From an uncultured delta proteobacterium (GTDB lineage Bacteria > Desulfobacterota > Binatia > JACPRU01), in NCBI GenBank assembly GCA_963745025.1, contig CAVUWD010000006.1, positions 416,001-480,000 of the forward strand: 64,000 nucleotides of DNA, written 5' to 3'. Shown piece by piece: positions 42,233-53,308 of this stretch (positions are counted from its first letter, which is position 1; the number at the start of each line of letters is the position of its first letter). The notes beneath the pieces were generated by a model. That model saw nothing but the letters and a program-made list of their open reading frames with translations. It searched no databases and was not told the origin of the DNA. The translations under genes were made by a program, and so were the position numbers.

Positions 42233-44146
42233 TCAGTGCGCCTCGAGTGGCTTCAACACCAATCGCTTCTTGCCCGACGCCGCCGCCGTTTCCGCGATCG
42301 CCGCGAGCTTCTGAACAATCTCGCCCGCCAGATCGGTACCGATTCCAGGCACCGCGGCGATCTCCTCGACGCTCGCCGATGCCAGGCGCCGGACGCTGCC
42401 GAAATGCTGGAGGAGTCGCCGACGGCGTCGCGGCCCGATTCCAGGGACGTCGTCGAGCAGCGAGCGGAACCGCTCACGGCTGCGCAGCTCGCGATGAAAC
42501 GTGATCGCGAAGCGGTGCGCCTCGTCACGCACGCGTTGCAGGAGGAAGAGCGCCGTCGAGTTGCGCGGCAGCACCACCGGGTTCTTACGGTTCGGCAGGA
42601 ACACACGCTCTTCAGAGTGGCGGATTTCCGGATTTCGCGGGTCCGGCGCGACGCGGTCCTTGGCGAGCGAAACGAGGTCCAGCTCGGTGACGCCGAGCTC
42701 GGCGAGCACGGCGCTTGCCACGCCGAGCTGTCCCTTGCCGCCGTCGACGACGAGCAAGTCCGGGAAGTCGTTCTCGACGAGGGCCCGCGAGTAGCGGCGC
42801 TTCAGCACCTCGTAGAGGCTCGCGAAATCGTCCTGACCCGGTACGCTCTTCACCCGGTAACGGCGGTAGCGGCTCTTGTCCGGCTCCGCCTCGTCGAAGA
42901 CCACCATCGAGCCGACGATCTGCCGGCCCTGGAAGTTCGAGATGTCGAAGCACTCGATGCGCTTCGGAGCGCTACGCAGCGCGAGCCGCCGCCGGAGCTC
43001 CTCGACCATCCTCGAGCGCTGATCCTCGGTGTTGCGTCGCGCCACGAAGCTCTGGCGAGCGTTCTCGGCCGCCATCTCGCAGAGTCGGACCTTGTCGCCG
43101 CGCTGCGGGCGGAGAACCGCGACGCTCTTTCCCTTGAGCTCGGAGAGATAGCTCGCGCGCACCTCGGCGTCATCGAGAACGACCGGTAGGAGGACTTCGT
43201 CGGGGATGAAACGTCCCCCAGAGAAGTATTGGCCGAGCACCTCGCCGAGCACGTCCTCGTCGGGGAACTCCCGGTCGTCGAGACCGTAGGCTTGCGAGCC
43301 GGTGAGCTTGCCGCGCCGGATCGTCAGTACCTGCACCTCGATGAATCCGCCCTCGCGGTAGAGGCCGAAGACGTCCTGGTCGATGCCGAAGTGAGAGACC
43401 ATCTCTTGGGGCTCGGCGGTCTTCTCGAGCGCCCGGATCTGGTCGCGTAGACGCCCCGCTTCCTCGAACCGCAGCGCCTCGGAGGCCGCCTCCATGCGCG
43501 CGCGCAAGTCGTGAACGAGCTCGTCGTTCTTCCCCTCGAGGAACAGCATGACGTTCTTCAGAGCGCGGCGGTATTCGCCACGGTCGACCGCCAGGCAGCA
43601 GGGGCCGGGACAGCGCTTGATCTGATATTCCAGGCACGGACGACTGCGGTTGCGAAACACGGTGTCCGAGCAGGTGCGCAGGGGAAAGACCTTGCGGATC
43701 GCATCCAGGCTGTCGCGCACCGCCCAAGCGGAGTGAAACGGACCGAAGTAGCGGCTCTTGTCACGGAAGATTTTCCGCGTCACGAAGACGCGCGGCCACT
43801 CCTCCTCGACCGTGATCTTCACGCTGACGTACGACTTGTCGTCCTTGAGACGGATGTTGTAGCGGGGCTTGTACTGCTTGATCAGGTTGTTCTCGAGGAT
43901 CAGCGCTTCCTTCTCGTTGCGGGTGACGAGCGTCTCGACGTCCGCCACCCGCGAGACCAAGAAGGGCACCTGCATCCGCTCATCCCCGCCACGGAAGTAC
44001 ATGCGCACGCGGCTCCGCAGGCTCTTGGCTTTGCCCACGTAGATGACCTTGCGGCTCTTGTCGCGCAGCAAATAGACGCCGGGCTCGGCGGGAATGCGTG
44101 ACAGCCGGTCCTCGACGGCGCCGACCTCCGCCGTTTCGAGGCTCAC
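42233..44146 (-). CDS. uvrC: Excinuclease ABC subunit C
   Basis: GIY-YIG 'PGVY...IYVGKAKSL', 'ECFDIS', 'DGGKGQ', 'RDEAHRFA', HhH. Confidence 0.97.
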   Translation of the reverse strand: MSLETAEVGAVEDRLSRIPAEPGVYLLRDKSRKVIYVGKAKSLRSRVRMYFRGGDERMQVPFLVSRVADVETLVTRNEKEALILENNLIKQYKPRYNIRLKDDKSYVSVKITVEEEWPRVFVTRKIFRDKSRYFGPFHSAWAVRDSLDAIRKVFPLRTCSDTVFRNRSRPCLEYQIKRCPGPCCLAVDRGEYRRALKNVMLFLEGKNDELVHDLRARMEAASEALRFEEAGRLRDQIRALEKTAEPQEMVSHFGIDQDVFGLYREGGFIEVQVLTIRRGKLTGSQAYGLDDREFPDEDVLGEVLGQYFSGGRFIPDEVLLPVVLDDAEVRASYLSELKGKSVAVLRPQRGDKVRLCEMAAENARQSFVARRNTEDQRSRMVEELRRRLALRSAPKRIECFDISNFQGRQIVGSMVVFDEAEPDKSRYRRYRVKSVPGQDDFASLYEVLKRRYSRALVENDFPDLLVVDGGKGQLGVASAVLAELGVTELDLVSLAKDRVAPDPRNPEIRHSEERVFLPNRKNPVVLPRNSTALFLLQRVRDEAHRFAITFHRELRSRERFRSLLDDVPGIGPRRRRRLLQHFGSVRRLASASVEEIAAVPGIGTDLAGEIVQKLAAIAETAAASGKKRLVLKPLEAH

Positions 44147-44200
44147 GACGGCGCCTCGGTTTCCGGAAGAACGCCCAGGCTACGGAGGACGCGGCTGGCC

Positions 44201-44316
44201 GCAACCGCGCGGAGCGCGGAAGGCAATACCCAACGCGCGGCTCGAACCGTTCCGCGCTTCGCGCGGTTGCGGGTGTTTGTGTTCGATCCGAGTACGGCTC
44301 GAACACAAACACCCGC
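44201..44316. repeat. Two tandem long hairpins between uvrB and uvrC
   Basis: 21-bp arms with one mismatch (44201-44221/44250-44270), then a perfect 18-bp stem (44269-44286/44299-44316). Confidence 0.8.
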
Positions 44317-44369
44317 GTCGATCATTCTCGAACGGCTCTGGCGCGTTCTTGCAAAGACTGAGGCGTTGC

Positions 44370-46391
44370 TCACGATGCTCGTATTCCGTTGCGAAGCTCG
44401 AGCTCGCGCGCTTCGAGGTGTTGCAACCGATCCCGGAGCTCCGCCGCCCGCTCGAACTCCAGCTCCTGTGCCGCCGCGCGCATTTGCTTCCTCAGTGTGG
44501 CGACTGCTTTGGCAACGTCTTCCGCGGAGCGGTACTCCTCCTCTTCCTCCGCCACCACCGGCACCGTCACGTAGTCCGCCTCGCAGACATCGATCAGTGA
44601 CTCTTGGATCGCCTTGCGGACCGTCTGCGGCGTGATGCCGTGCTCGCGATTGTAGTCCTCCTGTAGCGCCCGGCGGCGATCGGTCTCGTCGATCGCGCTC
44701 CGCATGGAGTCGGTCACGGTGTCGGCATAGAGGATCACGGTCCCGTTGACGTTACGGGCGGCCCGGCCGATCGTCTGAATGAGCGAGCGCGCGGAGCGAA
44801 GAAAGCCTTCCTTGTCGGCGTCGAGCACCCCGACGAGCGACACCTCCGGGATGTCGAGGCCCTCGCGCAGCAGATTGATGCCGACGAGCACGTCGGCCAG
44901 CCCCTTGCGGAGATCGCGGATGATCTCCACGCGCTCGATCGTCTCTATGTCCGAATGGATGTAGCGCACCTTGACGCCGACGTCCTGATAGTAGTCGGTC
45001 AGATCCTCGGCCATCTTCTTGGTGAGCGTCGTCACCAGCACACGATCGCCGGCGGCGGCACGGGCGCGAATCTCGGCGAGCAAATCGTCGACCTGGTTGC
45101 GCGCCGCCCGCACCTCGACCCGCGGATCCATGAGCCCGGTCGGACGGATGATCTGCTCGATGACCCGCCCGTGCGCGCGCTCGATCTCGTAGTCGCTCGG
45201 CGTCGCCGACACGTAGATCGTCTGCCCCATCCGGCTCTCGAATTCGGCGAAGTTGAGGGGCCGGTTGTCGAGCGCGCTCGGCAGTCGGAAGCCGTATTCG
45301 ACGAGCGTCTCTTTGCGTGAGCGATCGCCGCGGTACATGCCGCCGATCTGCGGCACCGTCACGTGGCTCTCGTCGATGAACAACAGATGGTCGTCGGGAA
45401 AGTAGTCGAGCAGCGTGTGGGGAGGCTCGCCGGCTGCGCGCCCGTCGAGGTGGCGGCTGTAGTTCTCGATGCCGGGACAGAAGCCCATCTCCTCGAGCAG
45501 CTCGACGTCGTAGCGCGTGCGCTGCTCGAGCCGCTGCGCCTCGAGCAGTTTGGCGTCGCGCCGGAGCGCAACGAGGCGCTCGTCGAGCTCGGCGCGGATG
45601 CCGACGAGCGCGCGCTCGAGATCCTCTTTCGGCGTCACGTAGTGGCTGGCGGGATAGATCGCGACGCTCGGGATGCGGGTGAGGAGCTTCCCGCGCAGCG
45701 GATCGATCTCGGCGATCGACTCGACTTCGTCACCGAAGAATTCCACCCGCAACGCCCGCCCCTCTTCCGAAGCCGGATAGATCTCGACCACGTCGCCGCG
45801 CACGCGAAACGTGCCGCGGTGAAAGTCGTAGTCGCTGCGCGTGTACTGGATGTCGACCAGCCGGCGCAGCACCTGGTCGCGCTCGATCCGCTGCCCCTTC
45901 TCGAGGAAGACGAGCAGCTTCGCGTACGCGTCCGGCGAGCCGAGACCGTAGATGCACGAGACGCTCGCCACGATCAGCACGTCGCTCCTCGAAAGCAGCG
46001 CGGAGGTCGCGGCGTGGCGCATCTTGTCGATCTCGTCGTTGATCGAGGCATCCTTCTCGATGAAGGTGTCCGTCGACGGAACGTACGCCTCGGGCTGATA
46101 GTAGTCGTAGTAGCTGACGAAGTAGCGCACCGCGTTCTCGGGAAAGAGGCCGCGGAACTCGTGGTAGAGCTGCGCGGCGAGCGTCTTGTTGGGCGCGATC
46201 ACCAGCGTCGGCCGGTTCACGCGGGCCACGACGTTGGCCATCGAGAACGTCTTGCCCGACCCGGTGACCCCGAGCAGGACCTGGTAGCGCTCGGGCACCC
46301 CCAGCCCTTCACACAGGCGATCGATGGCGGCCGGCTGATCCCCTTGCGGCTCGAAGCCGGCCACGAGCTTGAAGCTCCGGCGTGCGCGCAT
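44370..46391 (-). CDS. uvrB: Excinuclease ABC subunit B
   Basis: 'GVTGSGKT', '[10 protein letters not shown]', 'DESH', 'GRAARN', UVR coil. Confidence 0.98.
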   Translation of the reverse strand: MRARRSFKLVAGFEPQGDQPAAIDRLCEGLGVPERYQVLLGVTGSGKTFSMANVVARVNRPTLVIAPNKTLAAQLYHEFRGLFPENAVRYFVSYYDYYQPEAYVPSTDTFIEKDASINDEIDKMRHAATSALLSRSDVLIVASVSCIYGLGSPDAYAKLLVFLEKGQRIERDQVLRRLVDIQYTRSDYDFHRGTFRVRGDVVEIYPASEEGRALRVEFFGDEVESIAEIDPLRGKLLTRIPSVAIYPASHYVTPKEDLERALVGIRAELDERLVALRRDAKLLEAQRLEQRTRYDVELLEEMGFCPGIENYSRHLDGRAAGEPPHTLLDYFPDDHLLFIDESHVTVPQIGGMYRGDRSRKETLVEYGFRLPSALDNRPLNFAEFESRMGQTIYVSATPSDYEIERAHGRVIEQIIRPTGLMDPRVEVRAARNQVDDLLAEIRARAAAGDRVLVTTLTKKMAEDLTDYYQDVGVKVRYIHSDIETIERVEIIRDLRKGLADVLVGINLLREGLDIPEVSLVGVLDADKEGFLRSARSLIQTIGRAARNVNGTVILYADTVTDSMRSAIDETDRRRALQEDYNREHGITPQTVRKAIQESLIDVCEADYVTVPVVAEEEEEYRSAEDVAKAVATLRKQMRAAAQELEFERAAELRDRLQHLEARELELRNGIRAS

Positions 46392-46486
46392 CTCCCGACC
46401 GCTACCTATAGCAGGAATACCGCGTGATTGAATTGGCGCCGCGCTGTGGCGGAATGCCCTCCCGAAGGTGGCTCCTGGGTAAACGA

Positions 46487-46590
46487 GGAATCTCGACAGT
46501 CGTCACCCGCGGCGAGCCCCAAGAGGTCGAGTTCGACGCCAAGGAGGTCGGCATCTTCCCGATCAAATGCCCGCTGAAGCCCGAAGCCTC
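46487..46590 (+). pseudogene. Possible cupredoxin C-terminal remnant
   Basis: [32 protein letters not shown] resembles the cupredoxin final strands and Cys loop; expected His ligand absent. Confidence 0.35.
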
Positions 46591-46592
46591 TC

Positions 46593-46895
46593 TCAGTCGT
46601 CGCCGACGAGCCCCATCCCGCGATACTCATCGTGCTTCTTGCGGAAGCGGTCCTGGTCGCTACGCGGAAGCTTCTTCCACTTCTCGTAGTGCTGATCGAT
46701 GTCGCGCCGCTTCTGGGGCGGCAGATCCATGTAGTGCTGGTAGTTCTTCAGCGCGCGATCTCGCTGTCCAGCGCTCAGATCGTCCCAGCTCTCGGCGAGC
46801 TGTAGCCGGTCCACGGTCGAAGCGTGAACGTCCCGTGGCACCGTGGCGGGGCCCTGGAGCGCGAAAGCGAGCACAGCTGCGGCTAGCGACGGCAT
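46593..46895 (-). CDS. DUF3106-like secreted helical protein
   Basis: Signal peptide; repeated 'W..L...Q+..' units; third gene of the ECF operon. Confidence 0.75.
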   Translation of the reverse strand: MPSLAAAVLAFALQGPATVPRDVHASTVDRLQLAESWDDLSAGQRDRALKNYQHYMDLPPQKRRDIDQHYEKWKKLPRSDQDRFRKKHDEYRGMGLVGDD

Positions 46896-46901
46896 CGATC
46901 G

Positions 46902-47489
46902 TCAGCCCGCGTGGCTTGCGGCGTCTCCGGTCCCGGACTCTAGGATGTCGAGATCGCGGATCACCGAATAGTCGACGAAAAGCTCGGGGCGCTGGAGCAC
47001 GTCGGAGGGAGGATTGCTCGCAGTCAGCTTGTTCTTCTCGGTCGGATTGCTCGCGATCTTGGGGCTATCGGCAACCGGCTTCTTGGCGACCCCGCCCGTC
47101 AGGTTGGGGATTCTCGGTATCGGGGTATCGGACGACCGCGGGGAGAAGTTGAGCGCGCCGAGCATGATGATCACGAGCATCGCCGTCGCCGCGAGCCCGA
47201 CCACCCACGGCTGAAGTAGCCAGCCCGCCCAGCCACCGGAGATGGCCTCCCCCTCGGCCGCCGCCTCCGCGGCGAGGCGATTGGCGAACATCGAGGCGAA
47301 GCCCGGTGACGGGGTGATCGTCGGAAGCGCGTCCTTCAGAAGCTTGTCCAGGCGCTGGATCTGTACCAGTTCATCCCGGCAAGCGGCGCACGCCTGAAGG
47401 TGAGCCCTCACAGGAGCGGCTGCCTTGGGATCGAGCTTTCCGCTCACATAGCCCGGAAGCTCGATCGATATTGCTTCACATTCCTTCAT
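46902..47489 (-). CDS. zf-HC2 anti-sigma factor
   Basis: 'HLQACAAC' motif followed by a TM helix. Confidence 0.88.
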   Translation of the reverse strand: MKECEAISIELPGYVSGKLDPKAAAPVRAHLQACAACRDELVQIQRLDKLLKDALPTITPSPGFASMFANRLAAEAAAEGEAISGGWAGWLLQPWVVGLAATAMLVIIMLGALNFSPRSSDTPIPRIPNLTGGVAKKPVADSPKIASNPTEKNKLTASNPPSDVLQRPELFVDYSVIRDLDILESGTGDAASHAG

Positions 47490-47509
47490 GCGAATATTCT
47501 CTCGCCGCC

Positions 47510-48133
47510 CTAGCGAAGTAAGTCAGCAAGGTGCTCGCGGAGGGTCTGGGTCGCTCGGAAGATAAGGCTTTTTACAGAACTTTCGGTAGTTTCCAGGCAC
47601 TCCGCCACCTCTTGATACGATAAACCCTCGACTCTGCTCAAAAGTAGCGCCGATTTCTGATTCGGTGGCAGCTTATCCAACACCTTTTTTATTTTAGCGC
47701 CGGTCTCGATCCCAGCCAACAGCTCCTCCACCTCGGGAAGGCTCGTATCGGCTAGCTCGCGCGTGCCTTCCTCACCATTCTCCAGCGGTCTACCCTCCAG
47801 GGGCTCGGTCTTGCCCTGGTAGTCGAACCGCCGCAGCTCGTTCAGGCACAGATTTGTGACCACCCGGTACAGGTAGGTGGTGAAGCGCGCCTTGGCCTGG
47901 TAGCGAGCCCGAGCCCGATAGATCTGCAAGAACGCGTCCTGGGCCAGCTCTTCGGCGCGGGGGCGGCTATTGACGAAACGGTAGGCGAAGTTGACCACGG
48001 CCTCGCTGTGCTTGGCGAAGAGCTCGCGGAAGGCGACCGTATCGCCGTCGCGCACCCGCTGCATGAGGTCAACGTCGGGGTCGCTGAGCCAACCCGGCTC
48101 GGAGGTTTCTTGAGCAGGTTGTGCGGACTTCAC
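47510..48133 (-). CDS. ECF RNA polymerase sigma factor
   Basis: 'AEELAQDAFL', 'FTTYLYRVVTNLCLNELRR', 'GLSYQEVAE...SVKSLIFRA'. Confidence 0.95.
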   Translation of the reverse strand: MKSAQPAQETSEPGWLSDPDVDLMQRVRDGDTVAFRELFAKHSEAVVNFAYRFVNSRPRAEELAQDAFLQIYRARARYQAKARFTTYLYRVVTNLCLNELRRFDYQGKTEPLEGRPLENGEEGTRELADTSLPEVEELLAGIETGAKIKKVLDKLPPNQKSALLLSRVEGLSYQEVAECLETTESSVKSLIFRATQTLREHLADLLR

Positions 48134-48203
48134 GGATTTCGGGAAGTTGACTACCGGCTACCTCGAGACATCGTGGAAATCTCTACGCCGGTGACCAGGA
48201 TAG

Positions 48204-50555
48204 TTAGCGGCCGTGGAACATGCGTTCAAACCAGCTGAGCACTCTTTCTCGCGGCCTGGACTTTGCGTCGATACGCTGCCCGTCGCAGGTCACCATCGGC
48301 TCGGTCCCGATGAGGAACGCCTCGTGGACCGATTCGGGACAAGACGAGCTCGTCAGCATTCCACTATGCCGATCGACGTCACGGAAAACCACCCCCTGAG
48401 GGATCTCGAAGGGCCGGTTCTCATGCGCCCGCAGCGCCTCGCGCATGAAGGCGACCCAGACGGGGAGAGCCGCCTTCGCGCCGGTCAGACCGACCGGCGT
48501 GCCGTCGTCGAAGCCGACCCAGACGCCAGCGATCACATCCGTCGAATAGCCGATGAACCACGCGTCCTTCGCTTCGTTGGTGGTCCCGGTCTTGCCGGCC
48601 ACGGCTTGCGTGATGCCGAGCCGGCGCACGGCGGCACCGGTCCCCTCTTCGACGACCCCCTCGAGGAGATGGCTCGTGACGTAAGCCGCGGCAGCCGTGG
48701 CGACGCGCTTGGCGCGCAGCCGATCCTTGTAGAGAACGTCGCCGCCTCCCGAAATCACCCCGCGAATCAGCGCCGGCCGGACGACCGAGCCGAGATTCGG
48801 GAAGATCGTGTAGGCGCCCACCAGATCGATCAGCGAGACCTCGATCGAGCCGAGCGCGACGGCGGGGAACTCTGGGATCTCACCGAGGCCAGCCGATCGA
48901 GCGAGCTCCGTGACCCGGCGGAGGCCGACCCGCTGCGCGAGCTCGACGGTCGGAACGTTCCGCGAGTCCTCGATCGCGCCGCGCACGGTGACTTCGCCGA
49001 CGTAACGCCCGTCGTAGTTCTCCGGGCTCCACTGGTCGGCGCCGACGCGGATTTGAATCGGCTCGTCGCGGAGCACGGTCGCGGGCGTGACGGTATCTTC
49101 GGGATCGTCGAGAGCCGCGAGATAGACGAACGGCTTGAATGCCGAGCCGGGCTGGCGCTTGGAGCGGGTCACGCGATTGAACTGGCTGCGGGCGAAGTCG
49201 CGCCCCCCGGCCAGACCGCGAACGTAGGCCGTGCCGGTCTCCACGACGACGATGGCTCCCTCGAGCGGCTCGTCCGTCGCACGGGTGAGACGCGGGTAGG
49301 TGCGTTCGAGATTGTCGAGCCCGCCCGACAGAGCACGCTCCGCGAGGTGCTGAACTTCCAGATCCAGGGTCGTGTAGACGGAGAGGCCGCGCACGACGTC
49401 GGTGTCGTATCCCATGCGCGCGATGCGGCGCAGCACCTCGTCGACGAAGAACGGCGCCTCGAGGGGCTGGTTGAACCGCTTCTGCAAGCGAAGCGGCTCG
49501 CGCCGCGCGCGTTCGAGCTCCTCCTTGGTGAGCCACGCGTTCTGGGCCATCAAGTCGAGCACCTGATCCCGCCGGATCCGCGCGCGATCGGGATGGCGCA
49601 GCGGCGAATCGATATTGGGAGAGTGGATCAAACCCGCGATCGTCGCCGCCTCGGCGACCGTCAGATCACGCACCTCCTTGCCGAAGAACGCGCGCGCGCC
49701 CGGGCCGACGCCGAAGATACCGATCGATTCGGACTGGCCAAGATAGACGTTGTTCAGGTAGGCCTCGAGAATCTCTCGCTTGGTCATGCGCGCCTCGAGG
49801 ATCAGCGCGAGCACCGCCTCGTTGGCCTTGCGAGTGAGCGTGCGCTCCGACGACAGGAAGAGGTTCTTGGCCAGCTGCTGGGTGATCGTGCTGCCACCCT
49901 GACGGACGCCGCCGCCGCGGAAGTTGACCCAGACCGCGCGCAAGAGTCCGATCGGATCGACGCCGGGATGTATCGCGAAGCGCGCATCTTCGGCCGCGAG
50001 AACGGCAGAGACCACGTGACGGGGGAAGTCCTCGAGGGGGAGCACGCGTCGCTCTCCGAGCACGCCGCCGGAGTAAGTGCCGAGCAGTTCTGGCTCGACG
50101 GCTGCCCGTCCGATTTCGCCGCCGTTCAGACTGCGAATCGCCTGGATCACATCCCCCGAAAGCTCGAGCCGCACGGCTTGCTCCGCGTGCTCGCCGTCGG
50201 GATCGACGAAGCCGCGAAGAGCGATGTCGATTCGATCCCGGCCGGCACGGAATGTCCCGGGCTGGCGGGGTACACCGGAGGCGTCCTCGTAGCCGAGACG
50301 GCGCAGGCGCTCGAGGAGGTGCGATCCCTCGACGTTGATTCCGGGACGTAGGACGGTCGAATCCGCGTAGATGCGAATCGGTCCGGGCGCCCGGCCGGCG
50401 AGAAACTCTTCGACCTGACTGTAGAGTCGCCAGAACAGCAGCAGCCCTGCGATCACGCACAAGCCCGTAGCCGCGAGGAGCGCGCGCTTCCACCGTGCCT
50501 TGGGAAGCCATCTCCGCGCCGAGCGCCGAGAGCGCGGCTGCTTACGGTTCGCCAT
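48204..50555 (-). CDS. mrcB: Class A penicillin-binding protein 1B
   Basis: TM, UB2H-like region, TG 'EDARF', 'QGGSTITQQLAKN', TP 'SAFK', 'SRN', 'KTG'. Confidence 0.9.
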   Translation of the reverse strand: MANRKQPRSRRSARRWLPKARWKRALLAATGLCVIAGLLLFWRLYSQVEEFLAGRAPGPIRIYADSTVLRPGINVEGSHLLERLRRLGYEDASGVPRQPGTFRAGRDRIDIALRGFVDPDGEHAEQAVRLELSGDVIQAIRSLNGGEIGRAAVEPELLGTYSGGVLGERRVLPLEDFPRHVVSAVLAAEDARFAIHPGVDPIGLLRAVWVNFRGGGVRQGGSTITQQLAKNLFLSSERTLTRKANEAVLALILEARMTKREILEAYLNNVYLGQSESIGIFGVGPGARAFFGKEVRDLTVAEAATIAGLIHSPNIDSPLRHPDRARIRRDQVLDLMAQNAWLTKEELERARREPLRLQKRFNQPLEAPFFVDEVLRRIARMGYDTDVVRGLSVYTTLDLEVQHLAERALSGGLDNLERTYPRLTRATDEPLEGAIVVVETGTAYVRGLAGGRDFARSQFNRVTRSKRQPGSAFKPFVYLAALDDPEDTVTPATVLRDEPIQIRVGADQWSPENYDGRYVGEVTVRGAIEDSRNVPTVELAQRVGLRRVTELARSAGLGEIPEFPAVALGSIEVSLIDLVGAYTIFPNLGSVVRPALIRGVISGGGDVLYKDRLRAKRVATAAAAYVTSHLLEGVVEEGTGAAVRRLGITQAVAGKTGTTNEAKDAWFIGYSTDVIAGVWVGFDDGTPVGLTGAKAALPVWVAFMREALRAHENRPFEIPQGVVFRDVDRHSGMLTSSSCPESVHEAFLIGTEPMVTCDGQRIDAKSRPRERVLSWFERMFHGR

Positions 50556-50594
50556 CTGGGCGAGGAATTGAACCCCAGAAGGCCGGAAACGTCG

Positions 50595-51332
50595 TCAACG
50601 TCCCCCGACCTCTTCGAGGGTCTGGCGGAATTGTGCCGTGTGATCGAGAAGCTGCCCGTAGCGTTCGGCCGTCAGTCTGCCTCGCACCAGCTCGACGCGC
50701 AGGAAGAGGTAGTAGGTCTGGATCACGTCGCGCCGGCAATATTCGTGGATCTCCGCCAGGCGGCCCCCATCCCAAAGCTCCTGCACCTGCGAGCCGTCGA
50801 TCTTCCCTTTGCCCGGCAGACCGATCGTTCTGAGCAGCAGGTCGAATCCACCCCGCACCCGGTAGGCGCCGAAGTTGGTGATGAACTCGTAGAGATCGAG
50901 ATGCTTGCCGACCTGGTAACGGCGCCGGTAGAGGGAATCCTCCCCGAAGTAGCTCGGCACCGCGCAGCCGTAGCGGAGCGCCTGCAGCTCGAGCACCGGG
51001 AAATCGAACTGCCGACCGTTGAAGGATACGAGGCAACCGCGGAATTTCTCCACACGCTCCCAGAACTCTCGGACCAGTTGCTCCTCGCTGTACTCGCGCT
51101 CGGCGAGGCTTTCGACGGATTGCAGAAGATAGTCCGAAGAGACCGAGCCGACCGCGATCGAGACCGGAACGTGAAACGACAGCGGGAAGAAATCGCTTCC
51201 GCGTTCTTCCACGAGCTCGCGCCGAAGCGTTTCGAAGGCCGCTTCATCGGAGAGACCGCGGCCGCGGAACTGGGTTTCGTTCACCAGTCGCTTGTCGATG
51301 CGCGTCTCGATGTCGAAGATTGCGAACGGCAA
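50595..51332 (-). CDS. PolB-like 3'-5' exonuclease (DEDDy)
   Basis: 'FDIET', 'SFNGRQFDFPVL', 'HLDL', 'YCRRDV'. Confidence 0.88.
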   Translation of the reverse strand: MPFAIFDIETRIDKRLVNETQFRGRGLSDEAAFETLRRELVEERGSDFFPLSFHVPVSIAVGSVSSDYLLQSVESLAEREYSEEQLVREFWERVEKFRGCLVSFNGRQFDFPVLELQALRYGCAVPSYFGEDSLYRRRYQVGKHLDLYEFITNFGAYRVRGGFDLLLRTIGLPGKGKIDGSQVQELWDGGRLAEIHEYCRRDVIQTYYLFLRVELVRGRLTAERYGQLLDHTAQFRQTLEEVGGR

Positions 51333-51366
51333 TCGGTGAGCCTCCGTCAGGGCGTAAGAGACTGCG

Positions 51367-51939
51367 TCACAGATCGCTCCCGTCGGTCGCGATCCCGGCT
51401 CCGGCCGCGCCGCCTACCGAGCTAGCGCCCTCTCCTCCAGCGGTGGGCGCTTGTCCCTCCTTCGCAGGCGGGGGCGGCTGCTCGGCCGCGGGGGCCTCGG
51501 CGGTCACCGTGTCGCGACCGTCGAACGGCGGTGAGAACGTCATGAACGTGGCGGCCGCATCCTTGCCGCCGTTGCGGAAGAAGTGGCGAACGCCGCGGCG
51601 AATTTGCACCACGTCGCCCGGCCGCATCGCGAACCGCTTGCCCTCCAGGTCCATGACGCCCTCACCGCGCAGCACGACCACCGTGAGGTCGTGGAAGCGA
51701 TGATATTGCGGCGTCTCCGCCTCGCGGACGACCGCGAGGTGATGGCTCACCCAGGCGGTTCGCCCGAGCTCGATGACCGCGACCGGGCCCGGGCCCGCTT
51801 GCTGAACGAGCGAGTTCAGGTCCGTCGTCTCTAGGCCCTTCTCATAACGGAGGATCAACCGCGGATTCGGCCTCTCGGCGCCGCATCCGGCCACGATCGC
51901 CAGCGCGGCGAGGACGAGTGAGATCCGGTTTTTCAGCAT
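51367..51939 (-). CDS. Cupin-domain lipoprotein
   Basis: Lipobox VAGC; 'YHRFHD...LRGEG...PGDVVQI..GVRH'. Confidence 0.82.
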   Translation of the reverse strand: MLKNRISLVLAALAIVAGCGAERPNPRLILRYEKGLETTDLNSLVQQAGPGPVAVIELGRTAWVSHHLAVVREAETPQYHRFHDLTVVVLRGEGVMDLEGKRFAMRPGDVVQIRRGVRHFFRNGGKDAAATFMTFSPPFDGRDTVTAEAPAAEQPPPPAKEGQAPTAGGEGASSVGGAAGAGIATDGSDL

Positions 51940-52023
51940 CCTCCCTTGCCCCTGGTTTTCGCGGGTGCTACCGGAATTGCTCTTAGCAAAGAGCCGACCC
52001 CCTTACCATTTGAGGAGAACTTC

Positions 52024-53211
52024 ATGCGTGAAGCAGTAATCGTCGCCAGCTCCCGCACGCCCATGGCCAAGTCGTTCCGGGGCTCCTTCAACCTGACCCG
52101 ACCCGACGATCTCGCGGCGATGTGCGTCAAGGACCTCTTGAAGAAGGTTCCTCAGCTCGACGCCGCCGAGGTCGAAGACGTGATTCTCGGCTGCGCGTTC
52201 CCGGAGGGACCGCAGGGCTTCAACATGGCGCGAAACGCCGCGATGCTGGCCGGGTTGCCGGTGACCGCGGCGGGCACGACGATCAACCGGTTCTGCTCGT
52301 CGGGTCTGCAGGCGATCGCGTTCGGCGCGCACCAGATCATGAACGAGGGCACCGACGTCGTCATGGCGGGCGGCTCCGAATCGATCACCATGCTGCAGAA
52401 CGACTGGAACAAGAAAGACGTCTTCAATCCCTGGCTGATGGAGAATCTGCGCGCGATCTACATGCCGATGGGCATCACCGCCGAGGTGGTCGCGGAGCGC
52501 TACAAGATCAGCCGCGAAGAGCAGGACAAGTACGCCCTGCTCTCCCAGCAACGCACGGCGGCCGGCCAGAAGGCGGGGAAGTTCGATGACGAGATCTTCC
52601 CGGTGACGACCACATACCTCGTCAAGGACAAGGCGACTGGACAGGAATCGAAGAAGGAAGCCACGGTCAAGATCGACGAGTGCAACCGGCCCGACACGAC
52701 GCTCGAGGGCCTCGCCAAGCTGCCGCCCGCGTTCACGCCCGAGGGAGGCACGGTCACTGCCGGCAACGCATCGCAGTTCTCGGATGGCGCATCGGTGACG
52801 CTGCTGATGTCGGCCGACAAAGCGAAGGCGCTCGGCGTCAAGCCGCTCGGCGTGTTCCGCGGCTTCCAGATCGCCGGCTGCCAGCCCGACGAGATGGGCA
52901 TCGGACCGGTGTTCGCCGTACCGAAGCTCCTCAAGCGCACCGGCAAAAATCTCAGCGACATCGACGTCATCGAGCTGAACGAGGCCTTCGCCTCGCAGGT
53001 TGTCTATTGCCGCGACAAGCTCGGCCTCGATCCCGCAAAGCTCAATCCGAACGGCGGCTCGATCTCGATCGGCCATCCGTACGGCATGACGGGTTCGCGC
53101 TGCACCGGGACGATTCTCAACGAGCTACGACGCACCAAGAAGCGCTACGGGATCGTCACCATGTGCATCGGCGGCGGCATGGGCGCTGCGGGGCTCTTCG
53201 AGGCGGCGTAG
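52024..53211 (+). CDS. Acetyl-CoA C-acyltransferase (thiolase)
   Basis: 'NRFCSSG', 'NEAFA', 'GHPYG', 'MCIGGGMG'. Confidence 0.96.
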   Translation: MREAVIVASSRTPMAKSFRGSFNLTRPDDLAAMCVKDLLKKVPQLDAAEVEDVILGCAFPEGPQGFNMARNAAMLAGLPVTAAGTTINRFCSSGLQAIAFGAHQIMNEGTDVVMAGGSESITMLQNDWNKKDVFNPWLMENLRAIYMPMGITAEVVAERYKISREEQDKYALLSQQRTAAGQKAGKFDDEIFPVTTTYLVKDKATGQESKKEATVKIDECNRPDTTLEGLAKLPPAFTPEGGTVTAGNASQFSDGASVTLLMSADKAKALGVKPLGVFRGFQIAGCQPDEMGIGPVFAVPKLLKRTGKNLSDIDVIELNEAFASQVVYCRDKLGLDPAKLNPNGGSISIGHPYGMTGSRCTGTILNELRRTKKRYGIVTMCIGGGMGAAGLFEAA

Positions 53212-53308
53212 ACGTCGATTCACTTCGCCGCTCTGAGCGTTCGGCCGGAGCCGCTATGCTCGCAGGGCGGAGGAGCCGTCCACGATACGTCCGTCGCTTC
53301 AAGATGGC

